64,000 nt of DNA, from assembly GCA_964016885.1 (NCBI GenBank), contig OZ024755.1:18290001-18354000 (forward strand), in the 5' to 3' direction. Origin of the DNA: Eledone cirrhosa. Lineage: Eukaryota. The translations under genes and the position numbers were made by a program. Shown here one piece after another: positions 27,901 through 41,240 of the stretch. Under the pieces are notes generated by a model. The model saw only the letters and a list, made by a program, of their open reading frames with translations, did not search any database and was not told the DNA's origin. The first letter of the stretch is position 1. Each line of letters starts with the position of its first letter.

Positions 27901-29960
27901 AATTATGGACAAATATCAATGAAGATATCCAAAAATTATGGACAAATACCAATGAAGATATCCAAAAATTATGGACAAATACCAATGAAGATATCCAAAA
28001 ATTATGGACAAATATCAATGAAGATATCCAAAAATTATGGACAAATATCAATGAAGATATCCAAAAATTATGGACAAATACCAATGAAGATATCCAAAAA
28101 TTATGGACAAATACCAATGAAGATATCCAAAAATTATGGACAAATATCAATGAAGATATCCAAAAATTATGGACAAATATCAATGAAGATATCCAAAAAT
28201 TATGGACAAATACCAATGAAGATATCCAAAAATTATGGACAAATACCAATGAAGATATCCAAAAATTATGGACAAATATCAATGAAGATATCCAAAAATT
28301 ATGGACAAATATCAATGAAGATATCCAAAAATTATGGACAAATACCAATGAAGATATCCAAAAATTATGGACAAATACCAATGAAGATATCCAAAAATTA
28401 TGGACAAATATCAATGAAGATATCCAAAAATTATGGACAAATATCAATGAAGATATCCAAAAATTATGGACAAATACCAATGAAGATATCCAAAAATATT
28501 TAATTTTTTTTTCTCTATATGTGTTTATATAGAAACTAAAAAGGAGGTGAATTGGTAGAGTTTTTAGAAAATTTAATAAAATGGTGCCCTTCTTCTTCTT
28601 CATCCACTTATTCCTGAGAGGGTCATGGGGGCAGAGTCCTCAAATACTCCTTCCAGCAGGTCATGTGAGAAGCAACTGTCTCCAACTGATCCGGCTGGGT
28701 CTCCAAGCGTGACCAGCCAAACTCATGGATGTTATCCAACCATCTTACTTGGGGTCTACCCCTGGGTCTCCTGCTTGTTGGTAGGATGCCCTGCAAGATC
28801 AACTTTGATTTCCATCTTTTCATAAGGTTGATAAATAAAGTGGTGGTCTGGGGCAGTTGATGAATAAAGTGGATTTGCTGAGATGCCTTGCAGCATCTGT
28901 TCCATCACTTTGCATTCTAAATTCAAATTCTGCCTAGATGTCTGTAGCTCCAGTAAAACACAGGACCATGGCAGACTGTCATTCACCCCATACTTGGTCG
29001 GTGTGGACAGGTAGGCTTCATCCTTTCATCACAATATCTCTAATGATAGACACTGCTGATGATTTTCAAACAGTTTTGAAAATAATCAAGAATGTAGTAA
29101 TATAACTAACTTTCTCAATATCGAGCTGATGTTTGGAACATAAAGGTTCTTACATAGTATCATGGCAGAAGATTTTAGATAAACATAAATACTTTAAAAC
29201 AAACAGCTTTGTATTACAGAACATGGGGTAGTTTCAGTCAGTTTGGTAACAAAAAGGGCTGAAACAAACAACAGTCAACAGCTGAATGATAACGAATGCA
29301 TAATAAGATTAATTTAGAGGGTACCATACCTGGGGTTAAAATATTGGACTGTTGACCTTTAACTGATTACATTAAAATATTACAAATTAAAAAAAATAAA
29401 TGTATGGATAGTATATTTGATAATATACTGTATGTTTAATTAAAAACGTTTTGAAGATCATTCGCTATGAGTTTTAAAGCAGTGACATAGTCACTGCTTT
29501 AAAACTCATAGCACACACACAATAGCCATTACTTTGGAATGTTTACTTACCTCTTCCGTCTACAACTGGATAAATTTTACTGTGATCTAAATATATTCTT
29601 CCTCGGAATGAGAAAGAATTTTTCTTTAAAAGATCCTACAAAGATAAACAATAACTTTTACTCATATATTGCATATACTACAATATATATATATATATTA
29701 ATACCATGACGGTAACATATATTGCATATCTACATTTTACACACACACAGACATACACACATATATATATAGGAAAAAGTAAGACCCCAACGGCAGAGCT
29801 CAAGCCGTTTCGACGGCTATTTCAGTCCAGAAATAGCCATCGAAACGGCTTGAGCTCTGCCGTCGGGGTCATACTTTTTCCTATTTCCCACTCTATTACC
29901 CTAAGCATTGAGTACTCTGGTGCATTATGGCCCATCTGGTTCCTTACCACAATTCCTTTG

Positions 29961-29997
<37 letters not shown>

Positions 29998-31946
29998 TAT
30001 ATGCCCTACTGTCAACGAAGGAGATATGAGATCTTGGAAACTTCAATCTTTTCACTCTTACATCAAACAAATGGCTGAGAAATTCAGCTTAGATCCTTTT
30101 AAGGTTTATGTTTTACATTTTTTAAAAATACACATTTCATGTCATGTCACATATTTATCAAAAGAGATTGTGAAAACATGTTTATCCTATTTCCATGTTT
30201 TCAAAGAAAATTCACCTCATTTCGTAGAGTTATATAATAATACCATAAGGTTATTTATTACAGACAAACATCACAACAACTATTGAACATAAAATAAATA
30301 TTTAGAGATGATGATGTATGTGAAAGGTAGGGAAAGTTGAATGTGCATGAAGAGGAAAAATGAAATTTGTCTCACCTTACGACAATAGATAAGTTGATGA
30401 TCAAATAAGAAAAAGTAACGTTCCTGGGTCCAACCACTGGAATTCACTTTACTTAGCTCCCCAGAATAAATTAATTCAGAACTAGTCTCTAGAAGATCAG
30501 GGCCCTGAAACAGTATTATTAGACATATAATAATATTATTAGACATATAACAGTATTATTAGACATATAAGAGTATTATTAGACATATAACAGTATTATT
30601 AGACATATAAGAGTATTATTAGACATATAAGAGTATTATTAGACATATAAGAGTATTATTAGACATATAAGAGTATTATTAGACATATAAGAGTATTATT
30701 AGACATATAAGAGTATTATTAGACATATAACAGTATTATTAGACATATAAGAGTATTATTAGACATATAAGAGTATTATTAGACATATAAGAGTATTATT
30801 AGACATATAAGAGTATTATTAGACATATAACAGTATTATTAGACATATAACAGTATTATTAGACATATAAGAGTATTATTAGACATATAACAGTATTATT
30901 AGACATATAACAGTATTATTAGACAATGTTAAATGATTATTTGGGAATATTGAAGGGCAGTGGATTGGCAGTATTGGTAGAACATTAGGCAACAGGCTTT
31001 GCAGCATAAAGTTACATCCCTTTACATTTTGAGTTCTAATCCCACCGAGGTTAGCTATGTCATTCAGCTTTATGGGGTCGATAAATAAAGTACCATACAC
31101 ACTGGAGTTGATTTAATCGACTTTCCCTTCCCCCCCAAAAAAAAATTCCTGGTCTTGTGCCTAAATCAGAAACCATTATAACTATTACTGTTATTATCAA
31201 GATACTACCAAGGGTGGTGGATTGGCAGTATCGGTAGAGTGTCAGACGCCATGCTTTGACGCAAAGAGTTACGGCCCTTGCTATTCTGAGTTCAAATCCC
31301 GCCGAGGTTAACTTTGCCTTTCATCCTTACGGGGTCGATAAAATAAAGCACCAGTAACGTACTGGGGTCGATTTAATCGACTTTCTCCTCCCCCAAAATT
31401 ACTTGCCTTGTATCTATACAAGAAATCATTGGATTAGCAATATTGGTAGAGGGTGAGATGCCATAGAGTTATGGCCCTTTATGGTCTAAGTTCAAATCCT
31501 GCCGAGATTAACTTTGCCTTTCATCCTTACGGGGGGTCGATAAAATAAAGTACCAGTAATACACTGGGATAATTGCTGGCCTTGTGCCAAAAGTAGAAAC
31601 AATTATTACCAAGATACACACAACACACATACAACCTTTCTTTACAAATTTGTGGTAAAATGCCTTATTAAATAGAAACGATTATTTCCTATATAACTAA
31701 CTGTTCTGAATAATAGTAAAACGGTAAGGAACAAACACAGAGCAAAGGAATCTAATTGGATTTCTTCTCTTTAACATTCTTGATGTCTCAAATTTCACAT
31801 TAATCCTTTTAGTTAGACTATTGGGAGATGGGGAGGGCAAGAGAGATGGCGGCAACAACAATGGGAGTTTGGTGCTTCCGTGCTCGGACCTGGTGGGCAG
31901 CGTCAGTTGTCCATAGGGAGGTAGTGATTCATACATATATATATAT

Positions 31947-32020
<74 letters not shown>

Positions 32021-35000
32021 GCCATATCCGGCCAGAATTCTCTGAACTCTTTCTGTTCAAACCAGCCATAACTGGCTGCTCATACTTATGTTAAGGTATT
32101 TTTTCTCAAAATAAATAATATCGAAATCGCATAGATTCGATATTATGTGAGGTAAAGCCTTCACTGCAAAAGTACAATAGTATATATAGAGTAATGTAAA
32201 TGTTAAAGGGTTAAACCACACCCAACTACCATAAAAAAAAACTATAGAAACACTTTAACACAACACAACATACAGCATTCTAAGCATAAACACACAGAAA
32301 TATCTATTAAATAGTTCCCCATAATTTGTTGGGGTTAGAGGTAGCCCCCTCCAACCACACCTAATGTTTCATTAAGGTCTAATATTTTTGGATGGCAGAG
32401 CATGTATAAACTTTATGTTTTTAACTAACCACCACTGTATGAGAGAGAAAAAAAATCAGTGTGTGTATAATGGTTTACAGTGATTAGACAATAGAAAGAG
32501 GTGGGAGAGAGAAGTAAGAAAGAGTGTGGTGAGGAGAGGGAGAGAGGGGGGCGGGGAGAGATAGATTTATATATTTTATAAAATATTGCAAATGGAGGGC
32601 ATTGCTGTTTATAATAGCACCATTCTTTCCAATGGACTAATCACTGGCTCACTACATTTGATAGTCTGATAGTGAGAGCAACAAGGGAGTGTTTGAAACT
32701 CATGGCAGAACATAAAAGAAGTTTTTGAAGAACATTGTTTTTGTTAGGTTTTCCCACAGACCCCCTTCCATACCCACTTTTTGCTTACAACTTCTAAATT
32801 TCTGGAGAATCGGACTCTGTGAGTAGTTCCCATAACCCTTATCACTGCAACATATCTAATTACGATATATATATACATGCCAGCGTGGCACTTTGTTGGT
32901 CGCTATAAGGAGCATTAGCAAATTTGACCTTGATGAAATTTGAAGTGAGTGAGCCAGAACAAATACTGCAACAAGTTCTAATTGACAGATAATCCACAAC
33001 TTTAGAGCAAGTGAAAATAAAATGTCTTCCAAATTTAATTTTTGTCTAACAAATGTTTTGAATTATAATTGAATATATATGTAAAGTTAGGGACTTAGTT
33101 AGAATGTCTCAGAAAAGAATCGCCGGATAAATTTTATGGGCAAAACCAACAGGACAGGCAGGAGACCCAGGGGTAGACCATGAGCAAGATGGTTGGATAA
33201 CATCCATGAGCTTAGCTGGTCTTGCTTGGGGAGCTAGCCAGATCAATTGGAGGCAGTGGCTTCTGATAGGATCTGCTGGAAGGAGTGTTTGAGGACTCTG
33301 CTTCCCATTACCCTCCCAGGAATAAGTGGGTGAAAAAGAATTAGAAGAAGGGACTTGGTAAGTTCAATATACTCCATATGAAAAAAAATACACAAAAAAT
33401 AATCAATGAGCAAAAAATATAATTCTAAGCCCATTTGTAGATCTACCATCACCTAAACTTCATTAATATTCTAAGCCCATTTGTAGATCTACCATCACCT
33501 AAACTTCATTAATATTCTAAGCCCATTTGTAGATCCACCATCACCTAAACTTCATTAATATTCTAACCCCATTTGTAGATCTACCATCACCTAAACTTCA
33601 TTAATATTCTAAGCCCATTTGTAGATCTACCATCACCTAAACTTCATTAATATTCTAAGCCCATTTGTAGATCTACCATCACCTAAACTTCATTAATATT
33701 CTAAGCCCATTTGTAGATCTACCATCACCTAAACTTCATTAATATTCTAACCCCATTTGTAGATCTACCATCACCTAAACTTCATTAATATTCTAAGCCC
33801 ATTTGTAGATCTACCATCACCTAAACTTCAATAATATTCTAAGCCCATTTGTAGATCTACCATCACCTAAACTTCATTAATATTCTAAGCCCATTTGTAG
33901 ATCTACCATCACCTAAACTTCATTAATATTCTAAGCCCATTTGTAGATCTACCATCACCTAAACTTCATTAATATTCTAAGCCATTTGTAGATCTACCAT
34001 CACCTAAACTTCATTAATATTCTAAGCCCGTTTGTAGATCCACCATCACCTAAACTTCAATAATATTCTAAGCCCATTTGTAGATCTACCATCACCTAAA
34101 CTTCATTAATATTCTAAGCCCGTTTGTAGATCCACCATCACCTAAACTTCATTAATATTCTAACCCCATTTGTAGATCTACCATCACCTAAACTTCATTA
34201 ATATTCTAAGCCCGTTTGTAGATCCACCATCACCTAAACTTCAATAATATTCTAAGCCCATTTGTAGATCTACCATCACCTAAACTTCAATAATATTCTA
34301 AGCCCATTTGTAGATCTACCATCACCTAAACTTCATTAATATTCTAAGCCCATTTGTAGATCTACCATCACCTAAACTTCATTAATATTCTAACCCCATT
34401 TGTAGATCTACCATCACCTAAACTTCATTAATATTCTAAGCCCATTTGTAGATCTACCATCATCTAAACTTCATTAATATTCTAACCGCGTTTGTAGATC
34501 CACCAGCACCTAAACTTCAATAGAAATCACATCTTGATAAAAATAATTAGAAAGGAACTCAATTAAATAAGGTCATTAGTCAGACTGGGTGAGAATTAGG
34601 GAAGGAAAAAATCTAAAAAAAACTTGTGAATTTTTTAAAGAAATATTTATTTCTCTTTGTTTGGAATAAATATTTTGTGAAACAAAGAGATGACTAATAA
34701 AAATCAACAAGTTATCAAAAGTAAAGGGTGGGTGTGTGTGTAACTGGAGGTAGGTGGGGTTCCATGGTAAATTAGATTTTTCTTTTTTAGTTTATATGTC
34801 AAAATTGACTCAAAATCCTGATTGTTACTAATAAAATCTTTTTTTTTTCAGTTTATGTCAAAAGAATAAAAATTTGCTCCAAACTGTAACATTTTCTAGA
34901 ATAGAACCAAATAAGAGCAAATAAATGCTGTCATTTAATGGGCTGTCACTCTCCAGTTGGTAGCAAGCAACATAATTAGAGGGAGGTATGATTAATTTCA

Positions 35001-37278
35001 GTCAGTAGTATGACTCAGTAACCATTGAAAGTAGGAAAGTAGGAAGTTTTCTAGGAAAGAAATTATAATAATCAAGTTGGTTTGGGGGAAATAGATGACA
35101 CCTATCACTTTTAATGTCTTCAGATTCTGGTGTAAAAAAAAAAAAATGTTTTTTTTTTACCCTACAAGACTAAACCAGAAAGACTTGAGAGAATAAAAAG
35201 ACATCAGAGTGGTAAGAAACTCTTAGGAGAGCTGGACAGCAGAAGGTCTTCAGAGAAGAAACCCCTTCACCTTCAAGCAAGTGTTTTGGTCCTTAACTTC
35301 TATATTATATATATATTACTATATTATATATAGTTCCCATATTACATGACCAACCAGCATGAGTTGGGATATCCTGTGTACACATTGTATGGAAACAAAG
35401 AATTACTATATGTGGTAAGAAACTCTCAGAAGAGCTGAACAAGCAGAAGGTCTTTAGAGAAAAACCTTCCTTCAAGCAATCGTCTTAAATAAATACTCCT
35501 AAACAGTCTTTGAAGCAGTGAAATCTTTCAATTTCATCTTCATATTATGAACCATTGAAAGACTTCTAGATATTTGCCTCTCCTGTTAGAAATAGCAGTT
35601 AAATCTATAGTTTAGATAAAAGAAGAACTCCTAGAATAATGTAGTCCTAAATAAATTGCCTGGAAGAAAGACTGGTTGGCTATAACTGGTAGGTTAGAAG
35701 TTAAATTAATTCAAAATTGCAAACTACCAACTATACAGCTTTGTGTTGTGACTTTTTTATATGTCATGAAATTAAATCAAATCTCTATATAAATTTGAGC
35801 GACTTCTGTCTGTCACACAATGTGTGTGTGTGTGTTTGTGTGAATGTATGTGTGTATAAAAGGAAGGAAAGGGATGGTGAAAAAACTATAGCAAAACAGC
35901 GGTTGGCGTTCCATTCGCTATGTTGTGTATGTGTATGCATGCGTGTGTGTGTGTATTTGTGTGACTGTATTTTTGAAAGTGTGTCTGTTTGCGTGTTTAT
36001 ATTTATATACTCACATGCCTCAGTGTGTTGAAAAAAAATTCTAGTCTCATCAAATTTTATGAATAATTGGCTGTCGACTATATTTTAAAGATCTCACAAC
36101 TCTGTATACAATTAGACACATCATTGGCGACATGTAATATAATCAATTAATTGTCTAGTTATTAATTTTGTGTTGCTAAAAAAAAACCTAATGTGCTACT
36201 AAAAACTGTTTTTCTAAAAGTGTGTCACTAACGTGAACAATTTATAAAGTTCTCATCTATAGTAACAGATTATTAGTTTCCTTAGATATGCTGTGTTTTG
36301 CTGGGTTTTTTTTATTTCATTAATCTCCAAAGCTGTTGCCAAATATATCAATACCAAGATTAGATTTTGGAATGTATAATCTAAGTATTTACTGGGACAT
36401 TAGATTAAATCCACGAAGATTTCATAGCTATTTCCCCAAATTGTATGACTAATAAAGAAACCACACGGACTGTGGTTGGTAAGAATCTAAAACAATAGCA
36501 ATGTTGGATAGAAAAGTCTAAAGTTTGTCTTGAGCCCTGAGGCTTATTCTGGCTGGTGCTTATCCCAATTTCTGTGGCATGAAGCAACTCAGAGTACATG
36601 ACTTCCCCTGGACAGGACACCACTCCATTGAAGGGTTAAAGTGTGTCTGAAGCCTGGAGGTTCATCAGGCCAGTGCTTGTCCCGGTTTCCATGGCGTTAA
36701 GCGACTGAGTACAAGACTACCCCAGGACAGGTCGCTTGACCAGTGCAGGTTTAAAGTCTGTCTCAAGCTCGGAGGCTCATCCTGACTAGTGCTTATCCAG
36801 GTCTCCATGGTTTTAAATGACTGAGAGTACAAGATTTCCCCCTGGACAGGATGCCAGTCCATCACAGGGTTAAACTGCCAGCCTTTGCTGGTACTCATTT
36901 TCAGTTGAGTATACTGGAGCAACGTAAAATGAAGTGTTTTGTTCAAGAACTCAACACACAACCCAGTCAAGGAATTGAACCTATGACATAAGAATCATAA
37001 GTGCAACACCCCTACCACTAGTATGGATAGATATTTATTGCATTATAATTGACAATAGCTCAACATGTTCCACAATATATTGTTTGTTTGAATTTACAGT
37101 ATATATATATATATCATCATCATCATTATCATCACCGTTTTACGTCCGTTCTTCCATGCTAACATGGGTTAGACGGGTTGTCCTGTTGTGGGCAGTGTCC
37201 GGTCATACAGGAACTGATTCTGGCTCGATTTCTACAGCTGGATGCCCTTCCAAACACCAACCTCATTTACAGTGAGTG

Positions 37279-37322
<44 letters not shown>

Positions 37323-37937
37323 GTGTATAATGGTAGCTATGGTGCTTCCATAGGCGGTATGCCAAAATTAGCACTCGATATTCAGCAGAATAGAGTGTAG
37401 ATAGTATAAAGAAAATGAAAAATCAGTGATGCATCTGGACTTAATTTATTGTGTTACAAAAAAAAAATATATATATATCCACAGACCCTCCATCTCAACT
37501 CACCTTTTGAAAAGCAGAAGAACTGCGAAACCGGTAAAGGAACCAAATAAATATATTATTTTAAAAAAAAAATAAGACTCTAGTTGCATTTTCGATTTCA
37601 TCTCTTTTTCTTTATACTTTCACTCGTGTAGGACACCTCGGTTATTTTTCATTTTGTAAAAAAAACCTCACTTTCTAATATATATATATATATATTTTTT
37701 TTCCTATGAGCTATGTCATTTATTTCAATAGAACCTAGAATTTACTATTATTTAACTATCTATTTATTTTGTAATGTAGTGATGAAAACTGTGCAAGGTC
37801 ACACAAACTGCCACAACTCATCTCTCATCTCTTCATTTGTCATTACATAGCTTATTCACTTTTTCATGCCATCTGCCTCATTTAGATGTCTGGTGATCAC
37901 AGCTATGGAAACACACACACATACACATATGTGTGTA

Positions 37938-37985
<48 letters not shown>

Positions 37986-39287
37986 AATATATATATATAA
38001 TCATCTTATAAAAACATTCACACTTAAGTCATCTTGTTACTTAATTTCCTGTTAGATTCATTGAAACAGACTTAATTGAATGCATGTCATTTGTGAGGGT
38101 CAATAATTTAATGCCATTTTTCCATGCCAGCATGGGTTAGATGAGTATTTCCTTTGTGAACCAAGTCAGATCAGATGATCTGTGTCTTGCTCATACAGAA
38201 CTGTTATATATATATATGTGTGTATATATGTGTATATTAGATTACTTCAGCAGACATATTTATGTTATACATAACAACCAATACATAAACTGTAAATATT
38301 ATAATTCATTTGAATCAGTTAAAATATTCTACACTTATTTACCGATCAGCATTAAAGTAGAAACTCAATTTATATGGCAATCATAATCTGCAGCAAGCAT
38401 AACTAACTAGACATCTGTACATCTTATTTATGATGTACAAGTACAGATGTCTCAACCCACCCAGATGCCTTAACCCACTCCGATGTCTTGACCCACTCTG
38501 ATGTCTTAACCCACTCAGATGTCTTGACCCACTCCGATGTCTTGACCCACTCCGATGTCTTGACCCACTCCGATGTCTTGACCCACTCCGATGTCTTAAC
38601 CCACTCCGATGTCTTGACCCACTCCGATGTCTTGACCCACTCCGATGTCTTGACCCACTCCGATGTCTTAACCCACTCCGATGTCTTGACCCACTCTGAT
38701 GTCTTGACCCACTCCGATGTCTTGACCCACTCAGATGTCTTGACCCACTACATTACACTAATTTCTGTAATACAAAATGTCTCAAAAGTCATTAGACCAT
38801 TTTATATAAATATATATATATAAAATAGTCCAATGACTTTTGGGACAGCCTGTATTCTGTATTTTTATACAAAGACTGCAGTGAAAAGTGATGTAATACA
38901 ATAACAGACTTGTAGTGTAACAGAAACCACAAAATATAATGTGGGGTTATCACAGTAAAGAAGTTATAAGATTAAAAATAGTCAAGAGGGATTGCTTACC
39001 TCCCAGTCTTCAACTGTTGCCTGCCATTCAGCTATTTTCTCAATACTTTCCATTCTTCGTTTTCTCTCATTAATAAGGCAAGCTATCTTCTTCATAGCAT
39101 CGAGAGCCTCACAGACATCTTGGTAATCTGGGTGAGAGGTTGATGTGTATTTTAGAAGTTCAGCCAACTGTAATGGATACTTGCAAATTTTCTGTACTGG
39201 GGTGAGTAAGAATCCTTCTAATGGTATCTGTTTCATGTCTTGCAGTAAGCGGCAACCCTGGAAGATAATAATACCAAAGGTGCAGAC

Positions 39288-39329
<42 letters not shown>

Positions 39330-41187
39330 GGGGGGGGGGTATATAGGGAGGAGAGAAAGGGAGAAGAAAGAAAAACTAGAGAGACAAGAGAGAGGGAGAG
39401 AGAGTGGGTAAAAATGTCTATATAAACATACATATATAAAAAAGGTAATGCCATTAATCAATATATTTTAAAATAAAGATGAGACAAAGAGTTCATTGAC
39501 AATAATAATGAGATATACACAAAGATATTTACATCAATGTTAGCTTTAAAATATCTTTAATTGTAAAACTTGAGGCTTTATCTATCAAGAATTATTATTT
39601 ATCTAGGCCCTGATCCAGAGATCCAGAGATGTCTCAAAGTGCAAAATAAAGATTGGAGATTAAAGGATTTATTTAGCTGTTCTTTAACAGATTTTTTAGG
39701 CCCACTTGACCTTATTACAAAGATAAAAGAAATAGGTGTAGTTAATGCTTAGTTCCAACTGTTGAGCTTTATGAGTTAGTAATATATATATTACAGTCAG
39801 TAATATATATATCAACAGTCTTTATCATCATCATCATCATTTCATTTTACGTCCGCTTTTCCCTGCTTGCAAGGGTGGGACGGGAACTGATTCTGGCTTG
39901 ATTTCTACAGCTGGATGCCCTTCCTAACACCAACCTCATTTACAGTGAGTGCTGGGTGCTTTTTTGCCGTGGCACCTCCACGACCACTTTACAGTGGAAT
40001 GATAGAGACCCCAGTCCCTATCATCTCATTTCTACAGCTGAGTAAACTGGAGCAATGTGAAATAAAGTCTCTTGCTCAAGGAAACAACACATCACCCAGT
40101 CTGAGAATTGAACTCACAACCTATCTTTATATATATATATATATATATATATAGATAGATAGAGAGAGAGAGAGACAAGAAGGATGCTTTCCTTGGAAAG
40201 GAGTAAGCACAGTATTAGGTTTAAGAAGGGATGAAAGACTGTTGATATGATGAGGGGGAAAATGATGGGGTGGGCATCAAAGAAAGGGAGTATATAGTGA
40301 GTTGAAAGGAGCAGAGACTTTTGTTGTAGTAGTAGAAAATACATAGAGAAGACCCTAAAAATAAATGTGGCAAGAGACAATTCAGCCACAACAGAATGTA
40401 CTCAGTACCCTCCACCCTGCACTATGAGGTGGAGGAACAAACCATGACATCAAGGTGTGTGAACAAGACTCTCTGGCCCTATCAAAATACTTATCGACTT
40501 TTCTAGTGATGGTGTTATGATAGAATGCACCCAGTACGCTCTGTAATGTGGTTGGCAATCAAACAAAGGCAATAAAGAGAACAAATTCTTTGGTCGGACT
40601 GAGTATATGACAACCTCTCTAGTGCTGGTGTCACATTAAAATGCGCCCAATACACTCTGTAAAGTGGAAGAGTTGGTGCCATGATAAAATACACTAGGTA
40701 TAGTCTGTAAATTAGTGTGTGTTAGGAAGAGCATCCAGCCATAGAAACGATGCCCAATATGGAACATATGAGCAAGATGATCTCTCTTCAAAACAATGAT
40801 GACAACGATGTTTAGAGCAACATTTCTATAATGTTTCTATGAATGAAAGAAGTCTTTGTTTTCCAGTCTCAGGTGTTGTTTAGACAGTATATACATACAT
40901 ACGTAAGTAGATTGTGCCAAAAGTGTGAGCAAGAGAAGGTGCCAAAAGTATGAGCAAGAGAAGGAAACGAAAAGAGAAAGATTCCAAAGAATGGATTTAA
41001 TCTCATTTACACTACAGCTATAATTAACTAAAGGTAATAATGTCAGAATGACATTGCATTTTTATATAACTAATTTCTGGCAATCTCCTAAGACCTCATG
41101 ATAATGTTTAGCTTTTGGAATGAATGCACAACATAAACAGATACACACACACACACATATATATATATACATACATATATACACACA

Positions 41188-41240
<53 letters not shown>

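Noticed and set aside
27533-28603. 356-aa and 315-aa ORFs on opposite strands
   Set aside because: Translations of a 33-bp (multiple of 3) intronic minisatellite; no evidence of coding function.
33420-34522. Regular repeat array resembling CRISPR
   Set aside because: Contiguous units without unique spacers, no cas genes, eukaryotic intron.
38488-38823. (THSDVL)n ORF
   Set aside because: 18-bp minisatellite artefact.
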